Positions 1 through 12,000 of a stretch of 64,000 nt of DNA are shown here, piece by piece. A model generated the notes under the pieces. It made no database searches. It had not been told where the DNA came from and was given only the letters and a program-made list of their open reading frames with translations. The stretch is from an uncultured Gemmatimonadota bacterium. Lineage in GTDB: Bacteria > SM23-81 > DAOVCL01. The position numbers were made by a program, and so were the translations under genes. Every line of letters begins with the position of its first letter. Positions within the stretch are counted from its first letter, which is position 1. Location: NCBI GenBank assembly GCA_964626665.1, contig CAZVGK010000009.1:1-64000 (forward strand), in the 5' to 3' direction.

Positions 1-3000
1 GTGCCGGCTTTGGCCGACACCGAGCTCACGGTGATCACGGTTAATGATGTGAATCAACCTCCGGTGCTTGACTCCATTGGCTCCAAGGGTGTTACTGAGG
101 GAGACACCTTGAGTTTTACGGTTAACTCATCTGACCCAGATGGGGACTCACTCATCCTTGGCGCTGGTCCACTCCCTCCAAATGCCAGCTTCACCGATAA
201 TGGTGATGGGACGGGTGACTTTATCTTTACCCCTGACTATACCCAGTCAGGCAGCTATCCGATTACCTTTGTGACTTCTGATGGAGCCTTAGCTGACTCT
301 GAGCTGGTGACGGTTACAGTAAACGAGTGGGGGAACCATTCACCTGTACTTGATTCTATTGGACCGAAGGGTGTTACTGAGGGAGATACACTGACCTTCA
401 CCATTACTTCATCTGATCCAGATGGAGACTCACTTATCCTTAGTGCTGGTCCACTTCCTACTAATGCAAGTTTTGTGGACAATGGTGATGGAACGGGTGA
501 CTTTATCTTTACCCCTGACTTCACCCAGGCAGGCACTCATCCAATTACTTTTGTTGCTTCCGATGGAGCCTTAGCTGACTCTGAGCTGGTGACGGTTACA
601 GTAAACGAGTGGGGGAACCATTCACCTGTACTTGATTCTATTGGACCGAAGGGTGTTACTGAGGGAGATACACTGACCTTCACCATTACTTCATCTGATC
701 CAGATGGAGACTCACTTATCCTTAGTGCTGGTCCACTTCCTACTAATGCAAGTTTTGTGGACAATGGTGATGGAACGGGTGACTTTATCTTTACCCCTGA
801 CTTCACCCAGGCAGGCACTCATCCAATTACTTTTGTTGCTTCCGATGGAGCCTTAGCTGACTCTGAGCTGGTGACGGTTACAGTGAACGAGGCAGGTAAT
901 CAATCGCCCGTCTTAGACTCCATAGGTCCTAAAGCTGTACTCGAAGGGGATACACTAATCTTCTTGGTTACGGCATCTGATCCTGACTTAGATCCAATTA
1001 CCTTAACTGCTATCCCTCTACCTCCAAATGCGAGCTTCACAGACAATGGTAATGGTACTGGTGACTTTACCTTTACCCCTGACTATACCCAGGCAAACAC
1101 CTATGATGTCCAGTTCATCGCATCTGATGGAGCATTAGCTGACGTTGAACTCGTGACTATTACAGTCACAGAGGCAGGGAATCAAGCTCCTGTTCTCGAT
1201 TCCATTGGATCAAAGACTGTCACTGAAGGAGATACACTGACCTTTACCGTTACTTCATCTGACCCAGATGGGGACTCACTCATCCTTAGCACTGATCCAC
1301 TACCTCCAAATGCGAGCTTCACAGACAATGGTGATGGGACAGGTGACTTTATCTTTACCCCTGACTTCACCCAGTCAGGCACTCATCCAATTACTTTTGT
1401 TGCTTCCGATGGAGCCTTAGCTGACTCTGAGCTGGTGACGGTTACAGTAAACGAGTGGGGGAACCATTCACCTGTACTTGATTCTATTGGACCGAAGGGT
1501 GTTACTGAGGGAGATACACTGACCTTCACCATTACTTCATCTGATCCAGATGGAGACTCACTTATCCTTAGTGCTGGTCCACTTCCTACTAATGCAAGTT
1601 TTGTGGACAATGGTGATGGAACGGGTGACTTTATCTTTACCCCTGACTTCACCCAGGCAGGCACTCATCCAATTACTTTTGTTGCTTCCGATGGAGCCTT
1701 AGCTGACTCTGAGCTGGTGACGGTTACAGTAAACGAGTGGGGGAACCATTCACCTGTACTTGATTCTATTGGACCGAAGGGTGTTACTGAGGGAGATACA
1801 CTGACCTTCACCATTACTTCATCTGATCCAGATGGAGACTCACTTATCCTTAGTGCTGGTCCACTTCCTACTAATGCAAGTTTTGTGGACAATGGTGATG
1901 GAACGGGTGACTTTATCTTTACCCCTGACTTCACCCAGGCAGGCACTCATCCAATTACTTTTGTTGCTTCCGATGGAGCCTTAGCTGACTCTGAGCTGGT
2001 GACGGTTACAGTGAACGAGTGGGGAAATCATTCACCTGTACTCGATTCTATTGGGCCAAAGGGTGTTACTGAGGGTGATACCTTGAGCTTTACGGTTACC
2101 TCATCTGACCCAGATGGGGACTCACTTATCCTTAGTGCTGGTCCACTTCCTACTAATGCAAGTTTTGTGGACAATGGTGATGGAACGGGTGACTTTATCT
2201 TTACCCCTGACTTCACCCAGGCAGGCACTCATCCAATTACTTTTGTTGCTTCCGATGGAGCCTTAGCTGACTCTGAGCTGGTGACGGTTACAGTAAACGA
2301 GTGGGGGAACCATTCACCTGTACTTGATTCTATTGGACCGAAGGGTGTTACTGAGGGAGATACACTGACCTTCACCATTACTTCATCTGATCCAGATGGG
2401 GGCTCACTTATCCTTAGCGCTGGACCACCCCCTCCAAATGCCAGTTTCACTGACAATGGTGATGGGACAGGTGATTTTCTCTTCGCACCAGGGTATACGC
2501 AGTCAGGCAGCTATCCGATTACCTTTGTGGCTTCTGATGGGGCATTAGCTGACTCTGAGCTGGTGACGGTTACAGTGAACGAGTGGGGGAATCATTCACC
2601 TGTACTCGACTCCATTGGACCGAAGGGTGTTACTGAAGGAGATACACTGACCTTCACCATCACTTCATCTGACCCAGATGGGGACTCACTTATCCTTAGT
2701 GCTGATCCACTCCCTACTAATGCAAGTTTTGTGGACAATGGTGATGGGACGGGTGACTTTATCTTTACCCCTGACTATACCCAGTCAGGCAGCTATCCGA
2801 TTACCTTTGTGACTTCTGATGGGGCCTTAGCTGACTCTGAGCTGGTGACGGTTACAGTCACCGAGGCAGGTAATCAATCGCCCGTCTTAGACTCCATAGG
2901 TCCTAAGACTGTACTCGAGGGGGATACACTAATCTTCCTGGTTACGGCATCTGATCCTGACTTAGATCCAATTACCTTAACTGCTGTTCCTCTGCCTCCA

Positions 3001-5973
3001 AATGCTAGTTTCACTGATAACGGCGATGGTACTGGTGACTTTATCTTTACCCCTGACTATACCCAGGCAAGCACCTATGATGTCCAATTCATTGCATCTG
3101 ATGGGGCATTAGCTGACGTTGAACTCGTGACTATTACAGTCACAGAGGCAGGGAATCAGGCTCCTGTTCTCGATTCTATTGGACCAAAGAGTGTTACTGA
3201 GGGAGATACACTGACCTTTACCGTTACTTCATCTGATCCAGATGGGGACTCACTCATCCTTAGCGCTGATCCTCTCCCTCCAAATGCCAGTTTTACAGAT
3301 AATGGTGATGGGACAGGTGATTTTCTCTTCACACCAGGCTATACGCAGTCAGGCAGCTATGATATCCAGTTCGTCGCCTATGATGGGGCATTAGCTGACT
3401 CTGAGCTGGTAACGGTTACAGTAAACGAGTGGGGTAATCATTCACCTGTACTTGATTCCATTGGCTCCAAGGGTGTTACTGAGGGAGACACCTTGAGTTT
3501 TACGGTTACTTCTTCTGACATAGATGGGGACTCACTCATCCTTAGTGCTGGTCCACTTCCTACTAATGCCAGTTTCACAGATAATGGAGATGGGACAGGT
3601 GACTTTATCTTTACTCCAGACTTTACTCAGTCAGGCACCTATCCGATTACCTTCGTGGCTACTGATGGGGCATTGGCTGACTCTGAGCTGGTGACTGTTA
3701 CAGTAAACGAGTGGGGGAACCATTCACCTGTACTTGATTCTATTGGACCGAAGGGTGTTACTGAGGGAGATACACTGACCTTCACCATTACTTCATCTGA
3801 TCCAGATGGGGGCTCACTTATCCTTAGCGCTGGACCACCCCCTCCAAATGCCAGTTTCACTGACAATGGTGATGGGACAGGTGATTTTCTCTTCGCACCA
3901 GGGTATACGCAGTCAGGCAGCTATCCGATTACCTTTGTGGCTTCTGATGGGGCATTAGCTGACTCTGAGCTGGTAACCGTCACAGTCACAGAGGCAGGGA
4001 ATCAACCCCCGGTACTCGATTCTATTGGACCGAAGAATGTTACTGAAGGAGACACACTGACCTTTACCGTTACTGTTTCTGACCCCGATCTCGACTCACT
4101 CACCCTATCAGCCACTCCACTACCTCCAAATGCGAGCTTCATAGATAATGGAGATGGAACAGGTGGTTTCCTCTTCACTCCCGACTATACTCAGTCAGGC
4201 AGCTATCCGATTACCTTTGTTGCCTATGATGATGGGGCATTAGCTGACTCTGAGCTGGTAACCGTCACAGTCACAGAGGCAGGGAATCAACCCCCGGTAC
4301 TCGATTCTATTGGACCGAAGACCGTTACCGAAGGGGATACTCTGAACTTCAGGGTATCGGCCACGGATCCAGATGAGACGGTGCCATCCCTGACCGCGGA
4401 GGGGCTTCCTACCAATGCGACTTTAGTCGACTCCGGCAATGGGGCAGGTTCATTCATCTTCACTCCAGATTACACCCAGGCGGGGAGTTATCCGGTAACC
4501 TTTATTGCCTCGGATGGATCATTAGCCGATTCAGAGGTAGTCCAGATCACGGTTAATGAGGTGAATCGGGCACCCGTAGCTGATGCCGGGGCTGATCAGC
4601 TTGGAGTTCAAGCAAATACTTTGGTAACTTTAGATGGGTCCGGATCTTACGATCCGGATGGAGATTCGATAACCTATCATTGGACTCAAGTTAGTGGTCC
4701 CCTGGTGACCCTCTCGGATTCTAACGTTGTTCAGCCTACATTCACTCCAACTATCAAAGGGAGCTATACATTCCAATTGATAGTCAATGATGGCTCTTTA
4801 AACAGCCAACTCGACAGCGTTACCGTATCGGTTAATAACCAACCCCCGGTTGCCGAAGCTGGTCCGGATCAATTGGGAGTGAAAGTCAATATGTTGGTTA
4901 ATTTGGACGGTTCTGGATCTTACGATCTTGATGGTGATTTCTTAAGCTATGAATGGATTCAGATTTCTGGGCCCTCGGTGAGCCTATCGGATTCAACTCT
5001 GGTTAATCCTACTTTCACCCCTATTTCGACCGGAGATTATCTGTTCCAATTGATTGTTAGTGATGGATTTATCTTTAGCCAGCCAGATACCGTCTTGATC
5101 GATGTGCCGGCACCGCCTCAAGCTATTGCTGATCTAATGGCAACAATTTCCGGAGATTTTGTCTCGCTCACCTGGTCGGCAGTCACCAAAGATACATCAG
5201 GTCAGGAAACCCCCATTGATCGCTATGTGATCTACCGGGGGACTAAAGCCTATTTTAATCCAACGTCTTTGGATTCAATAGGTTATACAGATAGCAGCAC
5301 TTTAAATTTTGTGGATTCAAATATTGGAGGAGTGAATGTGGTAGGAGATGTGAGTACCAACTATTATTATGTGACAAAAGTGGTTGATATTTACGGAAAC
5401 TATTCAGATGTTTCCAGTCGAGTAGGAGAATATGACTACGAGATAGTAGTAACTCCAACTACAGATTTTAGTTACATAACTCTTCCATTCACAGGAACTG
5501 GAATAACCGATGCAGATGGTTTGATAGGCTCAATAGGAGCTGCAAATGTTAACAATGTAAACAGATTTATTCAATCCTCTCAGAGCTATGAGGCCAGATT
5601 TGCTGCCGGATATGGGACTAACTTTTCTGTGGAGCCAGGAGGAATATACCAGGTCAATGCTAAGACCCAGACTATTTGGAGCATAGCAGGTGCTATACCT
5701 CCTGCTGACTCAATAAGTTATAGTATTATCACCACTTCCACCACTGATTTTAACTTTATTTCCATACCTTTTGAAGATGAGGATATATACCAAACTGCCC
5801 AGGATGTAATTGATGGTCTACCAGGGGCTTTGAATACCCTTAATAATTTTATACCCTCCTCCCAAAACTGGGAGTCACGCTTTGCGGCCGGTTATGGTAC
5901 TAACTTTGCGGTAAAACCGGGAGGGGTGTACCAGGCGAATGCTAAGGCTTCGGCCACTTTTCCGTCTAACTAA
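1..5973 (+). CDS. Giant Ig/cadherin-like tandem-repeat surface protein, 5'-truncated (16 ~94-aa repeats, 2 PKD-like domains, FN3-like domain, duplicated C-terminal module)
   Basis: Open from the window edge. 16 units of N(H/Q)xPVLDSIG...EGDTL...DPDGD...F.FTPD.TQ.G...F.ASDGALADSE, two NxxPVA(D/E)AG PKD-like units, and two RFAAGYGTNF modules. No CTD. Confidence 0.85.
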   Translation: MPALADTELTVITVNDVNQPPVLDSIGSKGVTEGDTLSFTVNSSDPDGDSLILGAGPLPPNASFTDNGDGTGDFIFTPDYTQSGSYPITFVTSDGALADSELVTVTVNEWGNHSPVLDSIGPKGVTEGDTLTFTITSSDPDGDSLILSAGPLPTNASFVDNGDGTGDFIFTPDFTQAGTHPITFVASDGALADSELVTVTVNEWGNHSPVLDSIGPKGVTEGDTLTFTITSSDPDGDSLILSAGPLPTNASFVDNGDGTGDFIFTPDFTQAGTHPITFVASDGALADSELVTVTVNEAGNQSPVLDSIGPKAVLEGDTLIFLVTASDPDLDPITLTAIPLPPNASFTDNGNGTGDFTFTPDYTQANTYDVQFIASDGALADVELVTITVTEAGNQAPVLDSIGSKTVTEGDTLTFTVTSSDPDGDSLILSTDPLPPNASFTDNGDGTGDFIFTPDFTQSGTHPITFVASDGALADSELVTVTVNEWGNHSPVLDSIGPKGVTEGDTLTFTITSSDPDGDSLILSAGPLPTNASFVDNGDGTGDFIFTPDFTQAGTHPITFVASDGALADSELVTVTVNEWGNHSPVLDSIGPKGVTEGDTLTFTITSSDPDGDSLILSAGPLPTNASFVDNGDGTGDFIFTPDFTQAGTHPITFVASDGALADSELVTVTVNEWGNHSPVLDSIGPKGVTEGDTLSFTVTSSDPDGDSLILSAGPLPTNASFVDNGDGTGDFIFTPDFTQAGTHPITFVASDGALADSELVTVTVNEWGNHSPVLDSIGPKGVTEGDTLTFTITSSDPDGGSLILSAGPPPPNASFTDNGDGTGDFLFAPGYTQSGSYPITFVASDGALADSELVTVTVNEWGNHSPVLDSIGPKGVTEGDTLTFTITSSDPDGDSLILSADPLPTNASFVDNGDGTGDFIFTPDYTQSGSYPITFVTSDGALADSELVTVTVTEAGNQSPVLDSIGPKTVLEGDTLIFLVTASDPDLDPITLTAVPLPPNASFTDNGDGTGDFIFTPDYTQASTYDVQFIASDGALADVELVTITVTEAGNQAPVLDSIGPKSVTEGDTLTFTVTSSDPDGDSLILSADPLPPNASFTDNGDGTGDFLFTPGYTQSGSYDIQFVAYDGALADSELVTVTVNEWGNHSPVLDSIGSKGVTEGDTLSFTVTSSDIDGDSLILSAGPLPTNASFTDNGDGTGDFIFTPDFTQSGTYPITFVATDGALADSELVTVTVNEWGNHSPVLDSIGPKGVTEGDTLTFTITSSDPDGGSLILSAGPPPPNASFTDNGDGTGDFLFAPGYTQSGSYPITFVASDGALADSELVTVTVTEAGNQPPVLDSIGPKNVTEGDTLTFTVTVSDPDLDSLTLSATPLPPNASFIDNGDGTGGFLFTPDYTQSGSYPITFVAYDDGALADSELVTVTVTEAGNQPPVLDSIGPKTVTEGDTLNFRVSATDPDETVPSLTAEGLPTNATLVDSGNGAGSFIFTPDYTQAGSYPVTFIASDGSLADSEVVQITVNEVNRAPVADAGADQLGVQANTLVTLDGSGSYDPDGDSITYHWTQVSGPLVTLSDSNVVQPTFTPTIKGSYTFQLIVNDGSLNSQLDSVTVSVNNQPPVAEAGPDQLGVKVNMLVNLDGSGSYDLDGDFLSYEWIQISGPSVSLSDSTLVNPTFTPISTGDYLFQLIVSDGFIFSQPDTVLIDVPAPPQAIADLMATISGDFVSLTWSAVTKDTSGQETPIDRYVIYRGTKAYFNPTSLDSIGYTDSSTLNFVDSNIGGVNVVGDVSTNYYYVTKVVDIYGNYSDVSSRVGEYDYEIVVTPTTDFSYITLPFTGTGITDADGLIGSIGAANVNNVNRFIQSSQSYEARFAAGYGTNFSVEPGGIYQVNAKTQTIWSIAGAIPPADSISYSIITTSTTDFNFISIPFEDEDIYQTAQDVIDGLPGALNTLNNFIPSSQNWESRFAAGYGTNFAVKPGGVYQANAKASATFPSN
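50..4560 (+). repeat. Intragenic 282-bp tandem repeat array
   Basis: Units nearly identical at DNA level; identical 93-aa antisense ORFs at 537-818, 1383-1664 and 1665-1946 reflect this. Confidence 0.95.
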
Positions 5974-6042
5974 TAGAAAAACGGAATAATTTAGTATAGA
6001 TTTTTTGGGATTTTAAAATATATTAAAAGAGTGGAGGTAAAA

Positions 6043-9000
6043 ATGATGCCGAGGGAAATGTTAATTACAGTGAAAAAGTTGATCAAGGGGGCTTTGAAAT
6101 GGAAGCTTTTGGTATTCTTCTCCCTTTGGCTGTTATTTACTCCTTGGTCAAGGGTTTTTGCCCAGGGAAGTATCACCGGGACTGTGAACAACTCCGATAT
6201 GGGCATTCCTGCTGATAGTGAGGTCACTTTCTGGGGATTCTTGGATGATACAGATGAGGAGATAAGAACCGAGCTTTCGGATGGAGCCGGATACCAGAAC
6301 GGCAACTGGTGGGACGACTTTCAGAACTATGGGACTGAGGCCGCTGGAAATCCGTATGATTATCTTTTCAGCAATCTGATAAATGGTGAGTTCTACCATC
6401 TGGAAGGGTTGATTCCTAACAACTCCTATCAGGAGGAGAATATCGTATTGGCATCTGGTTCCAATCCATCCAAGCCCACTGGGGTGAAAGCAAGGGTCAC
6501 CTCCACTTCCCGGGTGGTGGTAAGTTGGAACAAGGTGGCGGGAATAACCTATCACGTTTATCGGCGTTATACCTCCAGCAATGGTTCTCTTTTTAGATTG
6601 GATGATACTGGTGGGTCATTAGCCAATCCGGGAGTTTCGGATTCCTTCTTTGTGGACAACACCGTGGATGGGATAAACTCTTACACTTACATGGTGATTG
6701 GAGAGGATGCCTCAGGGAACTATGCCCCTCACTCAGATGAGGCAAGCGCCAACTCCTCTGTGCCCACAGCCCCAGTGGTATTAAGTATTTCTCCTGATAC
6801 AGGTCCTACAGCCGGAGGCACTTTTGTGACTATAAAGGGGGAGAACTTTGATGAAAATGGGGTGACGGTGACCATTGGAGAAAACACGGCTTCCAATGTG
6901 GTGGTCAACTCACCCTTTGAGCTTACCTGCTTGACCCCGGCTGGTTCAGCTGGTTCAGTTGATGTGGTGGTCACCAATACTGCTTCAGGTCTGGTCTCTT
7001 CTCCGTTGGTGGGGGGTTTTACCTATTATGTTAACACCCCCCCAGTTGCGGATGCAGGTCCGAATCAGCTGGGAATTATTGCGGGCACTTTGGTAACTTT
7101 GGACGGATCGGGCTCTTATGATACAGACGGTGACCCTTTGAGCTACCATTGGAGCCAGATATCAGGCCCGGGTGTGGTCTTATCAGATAGCAATATCGTT
7201 AACCCTACATTTACGCCCGATACTGGTGGGACCTATTATTTTCAGTTATATGTTGATGATGCAATAGCCTATAGCCAGCCGGATACAGTAATGATCACAG
7301 TGGAGAACCAAGCACCGGTATTAGATCCCATTGGACCTCGGGTAATGGATGAGGGAGATACTTTAGAATTCAGGGTCCATGCCACTGATCCGGATGGAGA
7401 TTCAATCATATTAACTGCTCAGAATACTCCTATGAATTCATCTTTTGTAGATTCGGGGAATGGAGCAGGCTCATTTACCTTCACTCCGGATTACACTCAA
7501 TCTGGCATCTATAATGTGACTTTTATAGCTTCAGATGGTAGTTTAGCGGATTCAGAGGTAGTAGAGATTACGGTGAATAATGTCAACCAGCCTCCGGAGT
7601 TGGCCTCTATTGGGCCGAAGTCTGTCACTGAGGGGGATACATTAAGTTTCCGGGTATCGGCTACGGATCCAGATGGGACCACACCCACATTGAGTGCTTC
7701 ACCCTTGCCTACCAATGCGGCCTTTGTGGACTCAGGGAATGGAGCGGGCTCATTTACTTTCACTCCAGACTTTACTCAGTCAGGCAGCTATCCGATTACC
7801 TTTGTGGCCTCTGATGGGGTATTAGCTGACTCTGAGGTGGTGACCGTCACGGTCAATGAGGTAGGCAACCAGGCACCTGATCTGGTCGATCAGCCAGATA
7901 CGACCATAGTTGAGGGGCAGAATTTGACTTTTACCCTAAGTGCAACCGATCCTGATTTGGACAATATCAGCTATAGTTCTCCAGATCTTCCCACAGGGGC
8001 CACCTTGAATTCTACTACCGGAGTCTTTGATTGGACACCTGACTACACCCAGGCGGGGGTGGACACGGTGACCTTTGTGGCTACAGACGATGGCAGTCCT
8101 GTGCTGGCGGACACCGAGCTAACGGTGCTCACGGTCAATGAGGTAGGCAATCAGGCACCTGATCTGACTGATCAGGCAGATACGACCATAGTTGAGGGGC
8201 AGAATTTGACCTTTACCCTAAGTGCAACCGATCCTGATTTGGACAATATCAGCTATAGTTCTCCAGATCTTCCCACAGGGGCCACCTTGAATTCTACTAC
8301 CGGAGTCTTTGATTGGACACCTGACTACACCCAGGCGGGGGTGGACACGGTGACCTTTGTGGCTACAGACGATGGCAGTCCTGTGCTGGCGGACACCGAG
8401 CTAACGGTGCTCACGGTCAATGAGGTGGGCAATCAGGCACCGGATCTGGCCGATCAGCCTGACACGAGCATAGTTGAGGGGCAGTACTTGACCTTTACGC
8501 TTGTGGCCACCGATCCTGATAGGGATAGTATCAGTTATAGCTCACCTGATCTGCCTACAGGGGCCACCTTGGATGGGGCTACTGGAGTGTTTGAGTGGAC
8601 GCCTGATTACACTCAGGGGGGTGTGGACACGGTGACTTTTGTGGCTACAGACGATGGCAGTCCTGTGCTGGCGGACACCGAGCTAACGGTGCTCACGGTC
8701 AATGAGGTGGGCAATCAGGCACCGGAGTTGGCCTCTATCGGGCCGAAGTCTGTCACCGAGGGGGATACATTAAGTTTCCGGGTATCGGCCACGGACCCAG
8801 ATGGGACTACGCCATCTTTAAGTGCAGAGGATCTGCCTCCTACCAATGCGACCTTTGTGGACTCAGGGAATGGAGCGGGCTCATTCGTCTTTACCCCTGA
8901 TTACACCCAATCGGGGAGTTATAATGTCACCTTCATAGCCTCTGATGGCAGTTTGGCGGACAGTGAGTTGGTGGCCATAACGGTTAACGAGGCAGGAAAC

Positions 9001-12000
9001 CATAGGCCTGATCTGGCTGATCAACCGGACACAACTATATTAGAGGGGCAAAATCTGACCTTTACGCTGCAGACTACTGATCTGGACTTAGATAGCATAA
9101 CTTACAGTTCCCCTGATCTGCCTACAGGGGCAAGCCTTGACTCCGTTAGCGGAACCTTTGACTGGACACCGGACTACAACCAGGCGGGGGCCTATGTGGT
9201 TACCTTTATTGCCACCGATAATGGCAGCCCAGCCCTGGCGGATACTGAGTCCATTCAGATAACGGTAGTAGAATCTGGGGCGAATCACCCACCTATCTTT
9301 ATCTCTACTCCAGATTCAGTGAGCGTTTCGGAGGCGGAGACCCTGATAGTAAGCATCACCGCATCAGACCCTGATGGCAACTCCGTTGTCCTCACTTCAG
9401 GTCCTCTTCCCGTACACTCTTTCTTTACGGACCAGGGTGGTGGGGTAGGTGAATTTACCTTCACTCCTGATTATTACCAGGCAGGGGTTGACACGGTTAC
9501 CTTCTATGCTACCGATGATGGAACACCGCCTATGTCGGGTACCCATAACCTGGTGATTACGGTGGTTGATGTGAATCTGGCTCCAGATGTTTTACCCATA
9601 GATGACCAAACCGTTCCGGAGGGTCAAACCCTCACTTTTACCGTTGTAGCCACGGATTCTACCTCTCCCTCCGGTTCACAGGGTTTGGTCCTCACAGCCA
9701 GCGGGGTTCCTACCAACGCCAGCTTTGCCGATAGCGGCAACGGGCGAGGTGGCTTCTCCTTTACTCCGGATTACAGTCAGGCGGGCGAGGTGGACACGGT
9801 AACATTTGTCTGTATGGATAACGGTAGTCCTCCTCTTTCGAGTTATGAGAAAGTAGTAATCACCGTCACCGAAAGCAACCGACCCCCCTATTTTGTCAGT
9901 TGCCCGGACTGGAAGGCGATGTGGGAGGGAGACACGGTGAGCTTCACAGTAGTGGCCGCTGATTCCGATGGGGATTCCTTGGTCCTGGTCGCCCTCGATC
10001 AAGAAAATCCGGGACACGAATTACCTCCCAACTCTTCCTTTACGGACAATGGGGATGGGACTGCAGATTTTGTTTTTACGCCAGATTTTACCCAATCAGC
10101 TATATACTCCATTGCCTTCAAGGTCAGCGATGGTTACTCCGTGGTAAAGAAGACTGTTCCCATCCAGGTCAATGAGACTGGGAACCATAATCCAGTTCTG
10201 GATCCCATCTTTGCCCCGGCGGTGATGGAAGGTGAAACCCTGACGTTTGCTGTTAGCGGCTATGACCCGGATAAGGATCCAGTCACCCTCTCCGTTATTG
10301 ATACTCTTCCTCCTAACGCGACATTTACTGACTCCGGCAATGGCCTGGGCAGCTTTGTCTTCTCTCCGGATTTCACCCAATCCGGATCATATCCCCTGAC
10401 CTTTGTTATCACGGATAGCTCTTCGGCGGCTGATAGCCAATTGGTGACCATTTTAGTGACGGAAGCTGGGAATCAGCCACCTGTGCTTGATTCTATTGGC
10501 ACGCAGAGCGTAGTGGAAGGGGACACCCTGGCCTTCACGATAACAGCGTCCGATCCAGAAGGCGATTCCCTCTCGCTCTCCGCGGGGAATCTTCCCCAGA
10601 ATGCCAATTTTGTGGATAACGGAGACGGCACTGGGGATTTCACCTTTACCCCTGATTTTACCCAATCCGGGCAGTATGCGGTGACCTTCAAGGCCATAGA
10701 TGATTCGGCTGCCGCCGATAGCGAGCTAGTGCAGATTACTGTTGTAGAGGCTGGTAACCATCCTCCTGTTCTGGGGCATATCGATAACTGGGCCATATAT
10801 GAGGCGGAGACCCTGAATGTCTCTATTACGGCCACAGATGTGGATGAAGACTCCATAACCCTCTCGGCAGCAAACCAGCCGCAGAACTCCACCTTTACGG
10901 ACAACGGCGACGGGACTGGTGACTTCCTGTTTATCCCGGATTATGATCAAGCGGGAATCTATAATATAACCTTCATCGCCAGTGATGGAGTGTTAGCCGA
11001 CAGTGCCGTGATGAGGGTAACGGTGGTTAATGTGAACCGTCCACCAGTCATAGACTCCGTTAGTCCGCAAACTGTGGCTGAAGGGGATAGCCTGGATCTC
11101 CTGGTTCATGCCACCGATCCGGATGCCGACCGATTCTCTTTTGCCGCTGAACAACTACTACCCAACTCCAGCTTTACCGACCATGGCAATGGAAGCGGAT
11201 CCTTTATCTTTGAGCCGGACTATATGCAGGCTGGGAGCGATACGGTGGTCTTCATCTGTACAGATGAGGGCAGTCCTCCCTTGGCAGACACCGAAGTGGT
11301 GGTGATCACGGTTACCGATGTAAATCAGCCCCCTTCTTTTGTTCCTATTCCACCTCAAAGTATATTTGTTGGAGATACCCTGCGCTTTTCGATGGTAGCT
11401 ACTGACTCCACGGATCCAGTGGGGCCCAATCTGGCCTTGACGGTTCTGGATACCTTAGATCACTCCGCCTTTGTGGACAGCGGTGGGGGGATAGGGGGAT
11501 ATGAGTTTGCCCCGGATTCCAATCAAGTGGGGACAGACACGGTTAGATTTGTTTGCACCGATGGAGGGAGTCCACCCCTGGCAGATACGTTGGAGGTAGT
11601 GATAGATATCAGAGCAGTGAATCATCCACCTGTTCTCGACCCAATTGGACCGAGGACTGTTACAGAGGGGGATACAATCAGCTTTACGGTTACTGCTTCT
11701 GACCCAGATGGAGACTCACTCACCCTATCAGTGGGTCCACTCCCCTCAAATGCGACCTTCACAGATAATGGAGATGGTACGGGAGACTTCCTATTCACCC
11801 CTGACTATACCAAGTCAGGCACCTATGAGATCCTTTTTATCGCCTCTGATGGAGCAGTAGCTACCTCTGGTAGGGCATTAGCTACCACCTCCAAGCTCAT
11901 AACTATAGGTGGAGACATGATGGGGATAGGTGACTTTAAGCAAGATGAAGCATTGGCTGACTCCGAGCTGGTAACTATAGATGTGTTGGAGGCTGGCAAC

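Noticed and set aside
255-3866. Repeated 66-93 aa minus-strand ORFs
   Set aside because: Antisense shadows of the 282-bp coding repeat.
50-4560. CRISPR-like periodicity
   Set aside because: Units are in-frame coding repeats with no unique spacers, and there are no cas genes.
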